In this document: positions 12,522-25,400 of the stretch, one piece after another | Layout: every line of letters begins with the position of its first letter | How positions within the stretch are numbered: position 1 is the first letter of the stretch | Assembly (NCBI RefSeq): GCF_964204645.1 | Contig: NC_134026.1 | Coordinates: forward strand, 25,454,150-25,518,149 | Direction: 5' to 3' | Source: Tubulanus polymorphus | Lineage: Eukaryota; Animalia; Nemertea | DNA length: 64,000 nucleotides | Position numbers and translations under genes: made by a program | The notes under the pieces: generated by a model | The model's database searches: none | What the model saw: the letters and a program-made list of their open reading frames with translations, nothing else | What the model was told of the DNA's origin: nothing

Positions 12522-15500
12522 CCGGGCATAACTAGCGCTGAATTTGTCTAATGCGTTTTAAACCAATAAACATGAAATACTACTTCTGTTGAAGACGTTC
12601 CCAACGGAATAAGCTGAAAAGTAACCTCCCCTGTTCTCATGACGAGGCGACTAATATACATTTAACAATTTTTGCTCGAGAATATTTGAAAGTTCACGAG
12701 TGGAAATGGAAAAGTAATTGCATAATTGCCACATAATTGGCCATAAAATTCACAACCTGACATGAAAATCGTGTACAGCAAACCGGACGCAAACCGGCGA
12801 GTTAAAATGCTTTCATGACGTAATGTATTTGCGCTTTTTTTTCATTAATTCGATGGAAAGATATATCTTATTGGTCTGGTGTAGTGGACCCGCGGGAACA
12901 TGAGTTTTGACTAATCACCGCCGTCGGGCCGGCGTATATTAGCGATTCGAATCGGGAGGGAGATTTTACCGAATTGCGACAACAAATGGACATTAATCGC
13001 ATTTCACCGATAAGTATTTACCATTTTACCGAATTCATATCATTATCCGTCGACAGGGATATTTATATGTAAGAGAACCCGACTATACACCGATATACAG
13101 TCCATTGAGGGATATAAAAATCAAAGGGCCGAACTGTAGTATGATGTATCATCAGTATTTTCAATGACCATTGATGGTTTTTATTCGGTTATACTATACT
13201 ATTACTACTACTACTATCACTATCACACGATATTTTCGTCAAGAAGTAATTTTTGCTATCGCTATAGATGTACAGATATATCAATCGGCCCTAAATTCTA
13301 ATGGTTATATAGTATTTGCACCGCCTATTCAGAGACCGGTTCAGCTTAAGTGTCGCAAAATGGATGAATGGACTAATCATAGCATTCGAAGATTTTCGGA
13401 TATTTTTTCGTCGCGAAGAGCTCTCAATGATATGTTAAAAAGTTCCCTGCGCATGAAATCGAATCAGATACCCCGCAGAGAAATGCCGAGCCAATGGTGC
13501 AGCATTTGCTCAAAGATACACCGGGGATATAAAACCGATAGAGTTTGCATTTTGAATCTCGTGTCCGAGAATTTTGATCCCGCTGAGAGCTATTACACCA
13601 AACCGAAGGTAATTCATTTACAGAGGCTCGAGTGGATATTACCGTGGGATTGGGGCTAATTGAAATTTTAAAACCGCTATTCAATTTTCAGCACTTTTGA
13701 CTGTGAATTCAAGATGGGGGAAGGGTTGTATCGGAACTTAAAAAATCTCATTTGAAAGTGTATATATTTGACGAAAGACGGTCAGGGTTGGATGGGGGTA
13801 AATCTGGTAAAGAGATTAAGGTAGCTCAAATCTACGAACGTAACGCAATTCTTTCAAAGAAGGCTAATCCTAGGCACACCGGTGATAAGTAGTAGATCAA
13901 AGATCTCAATTCAGAACCTCTTATTTCAGCATAATACGAGTGCACTACAACCGCATGTTTATAGTGGCCATCTATCAGCATATTAATGACCAGTAAAGCT
14001 GCGACACTTCCGTCCATTCGAGCGAATACTCTTCATTTCGGAGCCGTAAACATTCTCAGCCTTGTCAAATTTGAGCGCCGGCCAACGCGCCGACGGAAGA
14101 CAGAAGATTTTTTTCGGCCCACGACCGGGCCAGAATAAACACGAGAGTAACCGCCGCCTAAAAGCGACAAAGCTGAATGATGAAAATGGACTGACTCCGA
14201 TGAATGAGAGATTTCGTCTCGAGATGTTCAATCTGTCGAGTATATACGACACACGGTTGACGTCCATTACCTGAATGTTTTGACTAAACACGTGTCAATG
14301 GTCAAGTGTCATCCGCCGAGGGGGATTTCGATAGAATTCGCCGGAAAATATTTCGAGTCGACGAAAAAGTTGACAGCTCCGTTGATAGCGTCTGTAAATT
14401 CAACAACGCTGACCCAGTTCGGAAATGTCCGGCATTTTTACAGCCCTGATAACGCGACACTATATCTACTCAGACGCTATCCACTCCACAAACCTGATCT
14501 CTGCCCAGCATCAAAGCCGTCGGAAGATTTTTTTTTATATCATTTCAGTTGCAGCATCGGAAAACGTCGTATTATTTTTAGCCGGATTAGGTCGGCGGAC
14601 ATCACGGATTTGGCAATTCCATCTCATTTTTCGAATCGAACGCTTAACGCGCGTCATGTGTGATGGTCAAATTGGCCGTACTCGAATAAGGAATAACAAT
14701 CAACCATGGAAAATTTGATCCGACAAGACTTATCCGCGAATATCTGGACAGAACTGGTCATCCCCACAGCGTTACATGGTTTCCCAGATTAAGAAGGCGA
14801 TTCGAGATGGTCGCCGCAAAATAAAATATATGTTGAAGGGCTTTAGAGTGTCGCCCGATTCCATACAAAACTGAAGATTGTGGGTCAGGCTTATTGCGAT
14901 GTATTGATTCTTTCTGATGGCTAGTTGGAAAATAAATCTGGCCGAGACTTAATTCGTTGTGATGGGCAACTCGAGAGCTGTATTGGTCATCGAAGATGGA
15001 TTTGGCAGATCTTCTCGGCGTGTCTCACTCGACGCGGGTTATTTCGTTCAGTTTTCATCGTCTAGAACCGGAACTAAAATAATACATTAATAGCTATTCA
15101 ACTTCCTGTCCCTTCCGGCAGCCCGACGTGCCGCACATGCAGCGTCATCAACGTCAATGATTAAATTCCAACTTTAATCCTTCGAAAACGTCAAACCCCG
15201 TGTCGCATTAACGCTGCAGCATTTTTACCTTCCGCGGATATACGGCCGTGGCGCGCTGTGATTCAACGCAAAGTTGTTCAATTACACTGTAAACAACTTC
15301 GAATATACCCTGTCATCAGGATTTCCATTTTCAGTTTAATTTGTTGGACTTTCTAATCACCGAGCCCATTAATCAGTCGCCAGAGCCATTTGGCAGCGAG
15401 GGGAAATTCAACAAATTGCCCGAGAATGGCACACAGAGAAATTTAAATCAAAATTTTCAGCGTTGAAAACGAGAACGGTGGTGTTCAAATACGATCAATC

Positions 15501-17644
15501 ACTCACAGCTGAAACTCCTAACGACAACAAAGTAACCGCTATATCAAGTAACCAGTCGTCGGTATCAAAAAAATTAGTTAAGCGGATGGCTACAAAATTA
15601 CATAACATCGCGACCATTAGCCTTTTATGCTCTGCAGTAGTAAAAGTCAGTATTGCAAATCATTATAGCGTAAAATACCATAGCGTCGTGAATAACAACA
15701 GATTTTATATATTTATCATTGTAGAAAATGAATTCATCATTTCGCCATATCTTTGCAACAGTTTAATTCTTCTGTAAATCCTTTAAAGCAATAAATCACG
15801 GCGCAATTTTATCGGGCTTCAACAGTTGTGTTTGCAAACGAAGCCAGAAGCGATGTTCATCTTTTATTTTACGTGTGTGAGTAATGTTTTATACATTAAA
15901 CACGGCGCGTCGAGTTTTAATTCAAGACGTTATAATTAATTACCAACAGAGCGAAATATTGATGTGTAAACGCAAATCCTTTGTGAAAAATTCTTCCATT
16001 TATCTTTGATACAGATATGTCGGCGTTAACAATATTAAACCCTTCCAACGCATTAAAATCAATTATTAATCGTTGTTATGGCGTACTCCATCGATATGCA
16101 GCGCAGCCGGCAATAAATAAACTTTGAAACAAAGGCAATTCATTAAAACCCTGATTAAAATTTCAAAGATTAGTCACTGCCGTGGTAATCCACGTATAAG
16201 CCGTGGCGACCTTTAGCAGCGAGGTCTAAACTTAACTTTATGCGATGGCATTGAGGCTGATTTGTAATAGCGAAAAAAATATTCTGGTCGTGATACAGAC
16301 GTGCAGCAAACGCAGCGGCCTCAGGTTGTCAGCCACAGAACACGGTGTCCCACTAAGACAGTTAAACGCGAACAAAACCATATGCAAATGAACTCGATTT
16401 AAATTCTTCCGCAAATCCGCAACTCAGTTGAAATCGGGTGGTTATAAAATGAAATCAGATGACAACGACATCCGGTCAAGATATAAGAGGGGAAACTGCC
16501 GCGACACGTAATTACGAGGACAGAATCTCGGAACAATGGCTCGGGTTTTCACTCGGGCGATAGTGTTCTTGACATGTTCGTGTAGTACTGCTAGGCCAAT
16601 TACGGGAGTATAGTAAAAGTTGCGACAAGAATCGAGTTGCAGCGCGTCGGTCGTCATTGAAACTAATTGAGTACGGCGTTAAATGCTGCCCATGCTGCAC
16701 AAGAGTGAAACGGTTTAATCATTTAGACCGTTAAATGGCCAGTTGAAAGTGCGTCACTAAAACACCTGAAGTACAATAATTCGACGGAAATATCGCGAGT
16801 CGAAATCATTGTTTCGTCGCACAAGTTCTACTTCATTCTCGGATGAAACTTGATTTAGCGATGAAAAGGTGTCAACGAGTTCTTCACTGGGACGCTTTGA
16901 ATCGCCGTAAATGTACACAAATTTTTATTCGATTGGCACTTCATATTTCTTCCCCGAGCTCGAAATTGATAGAGCGCGAATGTGTTAGGACTGATTTCGA
17001 CTAATCGCGAAAATTGGTAGTAAATTCATCTTCTAGAGTACTTCGAGATATATAAGACTAATATTCACGTTTTTCCGCGGCAAATGGATTTACCGTTAAA
17101 GTCGGTAGAGGCAAAAACGTCGCTGATTAAATACTTCCGATTATCTGTCAGTTCATATTTGCTCGTACGCGATAGTGTCAAATTATGTTTTGAAAAATTC
17201 ACTGAATAATGTCGCCGACGGCCAAATTTAGCATTTACTTCGTGTCACTGTGAGATCTTATATTGAATTACACCCGACACGGGTAAACATCTTGCGACTA
17301 ATGGTTATTGTCCTATTGCCGTGCCTTAGACTAAAAACGGATGCGGGCAAAATGTAATTTAGCCATTAAAACATTAAATGTCAGTTCAATTCTGCTGGGC
17401 AAACGTTTTTAGTATTCATAAGTTGAACTGGTGACCTATCGGTATATTGTCCTTCGGGGACAGCGACGTGAGTGCACCAGTAACTTCCATTGTTTAAACA
17501 TACTTGTCTTCGTCATACTAAGATGACTGTATTGAGTGTGTTTGTTTCGAATCAGTTATTTCAATCTAGCGAATGAATAGGTAATGAGTTCGATGATAAA
17601 GAGCTAAGAGGTTAATTTATTGCTTTTTAAGACGGGGGACTCAC

Positions 17645-17810
17645 CTGATCTGAACTGTTGTTGTCAGATTTGTGACTGGAATGTGCCGTGCCCTGTACTG
17701 GACTATGGCTCCGTGGCGACGAATGCTGGCTCTTAATAGAAGTCACCGCGGATTGAGCGGAGCAGGCTGAATGTGCGGGGCTCATACGCTGACTTCCTGC
17801 TGTACCATCA
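17645..17810 (-). CDS. CAAP1: CAAP1 coding exon 6, Ser/Pro/His-rich (DGTAGSQRMSPAHSACSAQSAVTSIKSQHSSPRSHSPVQGTAHSSHKSDNNSSDQ)
   Basis: Acceptor tgtttcag|, consensus donor CAG|GTGAGT, 166 nt, phase 2/0, after a 107-nt intron. Confidence 0.82.
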
Positions 17811-17917
17811 CTGAAACATCGAGTAGGAAAATTAATCAAAAAAGCATCTTTTCATTTTCAAATGAGAAATCCATGTGAGAATACGCTGGAGTGAAAATAC
17901 GCTAACAATAGGCCTAC

Positions 17918-17984
17918 CTTTCATCCGCCAAAGGATCCTGATTTTGAGACGCTGAATCTGGAATCACATCTTCGGTATCTTTTG
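17918..17984 (-). CDS. CAAP1: CAAP1 coding exon 5 (AKDTEDVIPDSASQNQDPLADES)
   Basis: Strong acceptor ttctttttctag|, donor AG|GTAGGC, 67 nt, phase 1/2, open frame. Confidence 0.82.
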
Positions 17985-20900
17985 CTAGAAAAAGAAAAAT
18001 ATCGGTCGCGTCGATGCGACATAAGAAATTACAAATTCAGAAAGATTTATCAGATGGGTCGTAAAATCCTCAAGAAAAATCGTAATAAATTAAAAACTGA
18101 GAAATAGAATTCGATGAAAACTAAGGACATTCAAACAATCATCATAAATCTTAGCGTTCGTAGAATTTTCTTTTATGATTTATAAACAGAACAATCAAAC
18201 TGATTTGGATTTCCGCTGACAATATATCATCACCTTCGCCTTTTATTCTAGAGCGAAAAAAAACTCAGATTTCAATTTTCTGACTGCCGCATAAATCAGT
18301 GACATGGTAAATACATTTTGAAAGGTTTATTAGGGCGTGGATTTAAAGCAGATTTCAAATTGGCCTCCAGAGTCTCGTGACCATCAACCGTTGCAACTTG
18401 CCGAAGGTCGTCGCGCTGCACTGTCAGCGTCGATGTACAAATCATAAACAAAATGCTGTAGCTCGGCGGGATCATGCTGACTCATTGAGGGCGCACGGGA
18501 AAATATTTCGAGCGATTGGCCTGGAAAATTGAAATTTCCAAACCGCCTCCGATGCTCGGCGTCTAAGGGGCAATTGAGGTAACGCGCAATGCACTCGTGG
18601 CTTAAATTGCAAATTTAGCCATCGAAATCTAACGAATCGAGTCGCTAAAGTCACCCGTGAGACCACGGATCTGTAACGTCTGCTAGAGTTAACGGCTACA
18701 TTTACGTGAAACGGTTAAAATTGAAACGTAGTGAAGCCAAAGTAATCGAGACAATCATTAGTTCGGCGGACAATGCCAATGGGGAAAGATGAATGACCGA
18801 CTCCGCATAACAATGAGCAATTAACAATGAGACATTCATTTCATGACGTGAATCCCCCAAAAAAACGAAGTTTAGTAGCGATTATAATGTTCATATACAT
18901 CAAATCAAAGTTGCAAATTGGTGTTTGACATCCTTATTAATTGGATGTATCTAATGGACGTGGGATATCCAAAACACCAGTGACCAAGCATGACATTGAA
19001 ACCTGCTGATACATTATAGATACATTACCTACATATCCAAAAGCGAAGGTAACATATTATCGGTACTTAATCCAGGTTTGGTCATAGTGATTTATGACCC
19101 GAGGAGGATAAGTAATTCATTACGCATTGAAAATCACTAGCGAGTTTTTGAATACCCTGAACAGATGCAAAGCGTATCGAATTTTGGAGGCTTCGACGTT
19201 CCACTAAGCTTCTAATGACACCTTGGAGAGTCATTCTAAAGCCTACAGTCATCGGAGGGCGAAATCAAACTATTCGAATCTTGTTAAAACGAGCGTATGT
19301 CTAGAATTTTAATCAGAACTCGAGCTGTTCTGGTCATTACTCCGCAATAAGATAACAATATGCCGGCTATCATTTACAAACTATACGCCAATAAAAAGTA
19401 ATGCGTCCTTTGTGTTCATTCGCACAGTTTGTGATGATCGCATTCCGTGGAGATGATAAGAAAGTATTTGGTGCAGATGCTATAAGAGACATCTTTAGAT
19501 CTTTGAAATGTCAGGGTTGACTCTGTAGATGTTGAGAGAGAATTCGAATGAAAATCACAAATTGAATAGTGACATGTCAGGGTTGAACGAGCGGTAAACA
19601 AGTTTCTTCGCTAAAAATGTCAGTTTGTCGGTTTTTCGCGAGTTAATTTACGACATTAAAGTGAAAATTCCAGTTGAATGCCTCAGACTCGGCAGCTCTC
19701 GTTGGCATGTGTCACCGTTGTGTCTTAATTTTGCCGCAATCCCGGTTGGAACCTTTTAATTTCAAATCAAGCCAATTTGTCAGACCTTTGTGTAAACGTG
19801 CCGGCACAATATTGAGCTTTTTCACAAATGAATTGGCTTGGAATTTAATAAGAACATGTTTCGGTCTATTACGGCGGAACCTTTGACATCGCCTAAAATT
19901 CGAATTATGCAACGATGTTTGTTAACAAATTGAATCGGCGGTTCCTCGAGGACCGTAATGTCTGCCGAAACCAGCCTCGCGAGACGTCAATTAATCTTGA
20001 AATAAATTGAAATTCTCAGGTATAGATGCGTTCACTCGGTTCAATGAGCAATCAACTGCCGGTCGCGTCGTTTCTCAAAATAAACTGATTAAACTTCACC
20101 AGGAAATTAAACGATTAAACGGAGACGGTAGAGACTACGCCAAGCAAAACAAACCGTCACGTTGAGAAATCGGTCGCGAATTTACTGCAGTCTTTATTTA
20201 ATTATTAGAGCACACAGTGTTTTAATCAAACCCTTGAAAGGAAATCAATCAAATCCGATATCTTTCAAAAGACAATTTCACTGAAATGCCAAACGGTTGA
20301 TTTCAAATATTAGCCGTGCAAGCAATTAGACGGTATTGACCCTTGCTGTTTCATCGACTCTTTACTAATTAAACTGATAATCAACTTACGACAGTCAGAA
20401 TGTCGTTCTTTCTATTTAACACAAGTCAAGATGTTTGATTATGAAACAGACGCCTGATCATAGCTAGACACGTTGATAAACATGAGACAAGACATTTGTT
20501 CGTAGATCGGGAAAATTAAGGAATAGGGCAATGGCAGGGGTATAGAGGTGTGCAGGGCATTGCTCAATAATACAGGGAAATAGTTGTTAGAGGCGACTGG
20601 GGTTGTTAGATTACATCATTTAACAAATAGTCAGAGACTTTTCTGACTCATAATAGGCGAAATTTAATCGCTTTTGAGGGACAATTTCCATTTAATCCCG
20701 CATGCAATTTGCATACGACAAAAACATAACAAGACCCTCGCTTATCAGCTTCGCAAAACAAACAACTCTCAAATCTTAGTAATCAAGTGCAAATCCGTTT
20801 TCATAATGTCCTTCAATTCGATGGTACGGTTTAATGGCCGTTTTAATCCCCGTTTAATTTCCTCATTTAGATTTTCTTTCGTCGGCTGCGTGTAATTCGG

Positions 20901-22374
20901 TACTTGTGTTTAGACGAGCGATCGATTTATATAATTTTAATCAAATTTTCCACCGCAACAACGAGACTATGACGGACACGATCTGGAAAATCTCCAGCGC
21001 AAACACGAGCCCGTAAATATACAGCGATTAAATTCAACGTGAATGAAAACCATTCGACGCACGAGGCAAACGTGGATTTTAAGACGAACTACCCCAGACG
21101 CGCTTACGAGCGTTTCAGGCCGAATTATGAACCGTAATTGCTTATGACGATACTTAAATTCAGCAATTAAACGGTCGGTATTGTACTGTTCAGTGAATCT
21201 GAATTCCATTTTACGATTGCAAGCCGTAATTTCAACACGGTTTTATGAGGCGATCATCACCTTCAATACGTGATTCACATCTGAACTGCATCCATGCAAA
21301 ATATGGCTCATTCCCCAAAAATGTGATTAAGTAAAAGGAAGTTTGTGTATATGATGAAGAAATATAGCTGGAATTGCCTCCAATGCTAAGGCACGGAATA
21401 CGAGTCAAACAACCAATTTCGTGAATATTAGAATATAAGCTATATGGCTATCGGGAGCATTTTGTTTGATCAGAATAAGAAGGGTGTCGAAAGACAATTC
21501 GATTTCTGATGACGGGAGTGGCGGCATTTCCCACTTCAAATTCATCACTCAATTCTCTAACCGTATACGCAGAGCGGAGTCGAGAAAAACATATCACGAA
21601 CTACTGGTGAAACCGACATCATTCTTTCCAAACGAAATAGAATTAATGGCCAATTTTATGGTCGATCCTTCGCGGCTAGTTATAATGAAATTTTGCAATT
21701 GGGATTCAATGTTGGCCATTAAAATGAATTTATAGCGCTCGGCACAGCATCAACGCCAACAGCGGCCTCTCTTCAAACACGATGCCGGCAAACGAAAACT
21801 TTATTCCACGCCACAACTCTTGGTCATTTATTAAACCGATTGTTGGCCTGAAATCGGTCGTATTGAGCAGTGAATTACATTTTATTCTCAACGGTCACGA
21901 GTAAAGCGGTGATAAGCGGCAGCCATACGACAAACAGCGAGGCTAATTTAATTTAAATAAATACTATCCATCAGTGGCGTGCGTAACCATAGACATTAAT
22001 GTTAGCGGCAAACTTAAACCTAGTAGACTCATCACAAACAAAACAGAACCAACACGAAATTCATGAAATAAACATGTCTCAATCTGATTGATATTTACTT
22101 TTACGAACATTAACGTTAGATGAAACTAATCTTTCATATATTTCAGAATTGCGGCTTCTAGAAAAGGAATCGATGGATTTCCGGCATCGATTCTTGTTCG
22201 GCACTAAGCGACTACAGCACCAAAAGCCAGAAAGTGGACTAGTAGAAAACGGCATAATGATCATCGTTTCGTTCAGCATTGGTTATGGATAGTTCAGACG
22301 GGGTAAGGAGATACTCATCGGTTTTCGGCAAGCTTTCAGTCGATCAAATTGGACTTAGAGATCTCAGATTTTGA

Positions 22375-22956
22375 ATGAATTCCGAAGGGAGAACGGCATC
22401 AACCTATACCTCATCGATATCCTTGAACATAACTAGAACGATCAACTCGTACCCGTTTATCACGAACGTCATCGTCACAACGACCTGCACCACAACCGTA
22501 ACCATTAAAACAACAGTAACATCGACTGAGGTATCAACCCTCATTACTATAGTATCAGTCGTCACGACCACGATTACAATTATTGTCGTAAACATGGAAA
22601 CCACGTTGACGATACCGCGAACGGCAACAATGAACACGATCACCACGACAACGACGGGAGTAACTATCCCGTGGCAAAGCGACCACCAGACCGTCACCGG
22701 TGCCATCAACTGCTGCACGATCGAATCAAACATGAACAATCCACAAATGGGGCTGAATGGGCGCGTCACAGCTCGAATATACACATTCATCCAAAACACA
22801 GCTTCTTCCCAACGTAATCCAACGGACAGCAGCGACGATGAAGATGGCGTTTCATTTATAACCGATGGTACAATATTCACTAATTTAAGAGTCGAAATTC
22901 AGCCGCAGTCTGTTTGCGGCGCTCCTTCGCCGCAATCAGAAACTGGTGGCTGTTAA
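22375..22956 (+). CDS. Hypothetical 193-aa Thr/Ile/Val-rich protein, antisense and nested in CAAP1 intron 4
   Basis: Longest ORF in the window, with varied third codon positions and a protein-like C-terminus (SSQRNPTDSSDDEDG...). Acceptor tttcag| at 22146 upstream and AATAAA at 23290 downstream. Caveat: RYN periodicity suppresses stops by itself. Confidence 0.4.
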   Translation: MNSEGRTASTYTSSISLNITRTINSYPFITNVIVTTTCTTTVTIKTTVTSTEVSTLITIVSVVTTTITIIVVNMETTLTIPRTATMNTITTTTTGVTIPWQSDHQTVTGAINCCTIESNMNNPQMGLNGRVTARIYTFIQNTASSQRNPTDSSDDEDGVSFITDGTIFTNLRVEIQPQSVCGAPSPQSETGGC

Positions 22957-23328
22957 CTTTCTGATAATCGTCTTCTTTCTATCTGACAATCATTACTCTT
23001 CGGATTCGTATTTATCTGTGTTTTATCGAGTTCTACTTAGATCACAATTAACGATACGCTGCTTTAAAACATAATGTTTCAAACTGCTTATCATTTTCGA
23101 TGATGAAATTTGCTTTTTCTCTCAGTATTATCGACACATATATGCACACTGAAACTCGGTTATGATTTGACGTATATTCGCGAAAGTTGCGTACGTTTGA
23201 AAAATCAGCTGAACGATCTCAAAGCTGCAACTCGCTATAGAGCTATGCATTTGCAAAACTTGTAGTATTAACATTAACCCATTTAACTAAATAAACATAT
23301 CTTGAAATGTATATCTTGTTAAACTAAC

Positions 23329-23487
23329 CTATGCTCTCATCTTTGATAGTGTCTGTGGGTTGTTCGGGAGGTGTGGAACCAGTAGCTTGTTGTTGTTCTA
23401 CTGCGGTAGGATTTCGGGTTTCAGCAGGATCTTCTATATCTGACGACTCTTCGGTGCCTGAGGACGATATTTCGTCTGGTTCATCAC
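23329..23487 (-). CDS. CAAP1: CAAP1 coding exon 4, acidic Ser/Glu-rich region (GDEPDEISSSGTEESSDIEDPAETRNPTAVEQQQATGSTPPEQPTDTIKDESI)
   Basis: Acceptor cttcctttag|, donor G|GTTAGT, 159 nt, phase 1/1 matching both neighbours. An acidic tract after the domain is typical of CAAP1. Confidence 0.85.
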
Positions 23488-24039
23488 CTAAAGGAAGCAA
23501 AATCATTAGAATTCCTCAATTTCAGGATAAATGCTATTTCTCTACACACACACAAACTGAAAGTCTAAGAAAGAAGATCATCAGTGACTCACGTGCACCC
23601 ATATTAAACTCAAGATTGTTTAGTATGAAAAGTAATAATTCTGTATTTTTAAGGATCAGTTTTCATTTGAACTAACACGCACATTGCATCGTGCTACATG
23701 TTCGACAAACATTGAAGTCGCGATTGATTTTTCTCTCGACTTTTCTCTAGTAGTCTTTAATTCAACTTCGGCGACCGGTTAAATTTGAATCACGTTGACA
23801 GGTTCATTATACACTCGCGGTGGTTATCCAAGTCGATTCCGATTAAAACATACATCGATAAGCAGCATTTTAGCAAACAATTCAACATTACAATAGTGCA
23901 AAACGTTTCAAACTTACATCAAATCGATACATTAAGACTATCGGCAAAGTCTAAACTAAATGTGTGCCTTTGGCAGACTAATACCCAGATAATGTTGGAC
24001 AGTTTGAAAAAAGACTGAGGCGTTGTCCACGTAAGCTTA

Positions 24040-24410
24040 CTACATAGATACATGCTAAAATGGCTGCCAGTCAGCCATCTTTGATTTTTGTACAATAAAT
24101 CGCAGGTGCACGACTACATTACTACGCTCATATCAATACGTGTTATAAATTTCATCAAAATACAACAAATAAGTGTTGTCCAAGCGAAATTAACTACATA
24201 AATATATGCCAAAGATAGCCATCGGGCAGCTATCTTTGATTAATCGCAGGTGCATAACTTCAGACGATACCAAAAGTTGTACCGAGTTCCAAAAAACGAC
24301 CAAAGACCGAGCAGTTGATTGCTCAATGTCCGCGCAAGATTTACCACACGGATGGACAGGTCAACTTGCTGACTTCAGTATACTCTTCCTTGCAGGGGTA
24401 AAATAATAAT
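24040..24410 (+). mobile_element. Non-autonomous Helentron-type (HINE/DINE-1-like) element remnant
   Basis: Two ~154-bp core repeats (CTACATA.ATA.ATGC.AAA..CAGC.ATCTTTGATT..AATCGCAGGTGCA, at 24040 and 24194), a decayed GACG/GACA tract (cacggatggacagg), and a 3' hairpin TACTCTT..AGGGGTA at 24381-24400. Confidence 0.6.
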
Positions 24411-25204
24411 TTCACATATACATATCTCTTCATGAAATACCGAACCTATGGTAACATTTGGAGTATGAATATTCTTTAGGTAGAGAATTGCCAATGAAGA
24501 CAAAGAGCGGTACTTAAAACAAATTCGAGCTCGATGTTGGTAAATATCGCTGAACGTATCCATTTTAATGAAGTGAATTTGATAAGTCATATACTCATAG
24601 GAGCAGAAATGAAATCTGCAATCAAAGAATCATTGCGTACACACCAGATAGATCGAGTGAATGCGGAAAAGTTAATAGGGAGCACAACAAGTTACTGCAA
24701 TGAGTCGATGAAATGCGATTATAATTTCAGATATTTCGCGTCAATGAAATGACCGATTGATGAAATGAAGTTAACAGCGTTTGAAGATCGCTTTACGATT
24801 ATCACGATACGGCCGCGTGTGACAAAACCATCTGATAAAATCCTTCACTTCTCAATTTCTCAATTCCAAAGATAACGATTAAATCGCTTTTATTATTGGC
24901 AAAATGAAACGTGATTCATCGTGATTCGCGTTCACTGAGTTGCCGTCGAGCGCTTCACAATCTGCGGTTTAATTTTTCAAGTTCATTTCGACGCGGACGA
25001 TTTCAAGAGAAGCTGAATATCGGATATTACTGAAGCATCAATCTGAATTCGAAAAATCGGTTGATAGTGTCCCGTGCTATCGTACTGCTACGGCAACCAA
25101 TCTCACAGCCGATCGCCGTATTTCAATATATTAACGGTTGACTCTATTTACCAAAATTCTCTTGAAATATTAATAATTCTCGAACCTTTTTTTCCCCTAT
25201 ATAC

Positions 25205-25400
25205 TTGTGCTTAAGGAGTAGGGCGAATTCTGATGGGTATGATGTCACAAAAACTTTATCTTTACTAAACCTAATTTTCTCATATCAATTTTGATAGATT
25301 TTAATAATTACTTTTCGAGAGGATGTATCGGGGCTAGACTGGTTACCGGTCAATTCAACTCAATTATCGATATATTCAAAACCAAAATATCTTCATTTGG
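25205..25400 (-). mobile_element. Partial copy of the ~400-bp MITE family B
   Basis: TATCGGGGCTAGACTGGTTACCGGTCAATTCAACTCAATTATCGATATATTCAAA is the reverse complement of the core at ~43530-43620. Confidence 0.7.

Noticed and set aside
12380-12540. CAG run as a polyQ, polyA or polyC coding exon
   Set aside because: Most frames stop close to the run, and the only open one (poly-Cys, minus strand) has no phase-compatible partner exon.
12750-12772. TCACAACCTGACATGAA resembling miR-67/307; also miR-2-like TATCACAGC near 40602 and 12116
   Set aside because: The matches are partial and there is no proper precursor hairpin.
13171-13659. 162-aa plus-strand ORF
   Set aside because: It has a TTG start, a Thr run derived from an ACT/ATT microsatellite, and no recognisable domain or splice context.
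10678-19323. Shared 16-mer TTTAATCAGAACTCGA, recurring TTCATGACGTGAAT, and scattered ATGCAAAT octamers
   Set aside because: The counts are near what chance gives in 64 kb of AT-rich DNA.
23160-23210. Hairpin (TGATTT-GACGTAT..GTACGTT-TGAA-AAATCA) downstream of the TGA-containing ORF as a SECIS element
   Set aside because: The GA/GA quartet is out of register with the upper helix and the AAA-to-GA spacing is too short, so there is no support for selenocysteine.
24510-24545. QHRARI in a minus-strand ORF as the CAAP1 C-terminal motif
   Set aside because: It is in the wrong position (upstream of exon 4), lacks the ELEM context, and has no splice sites.
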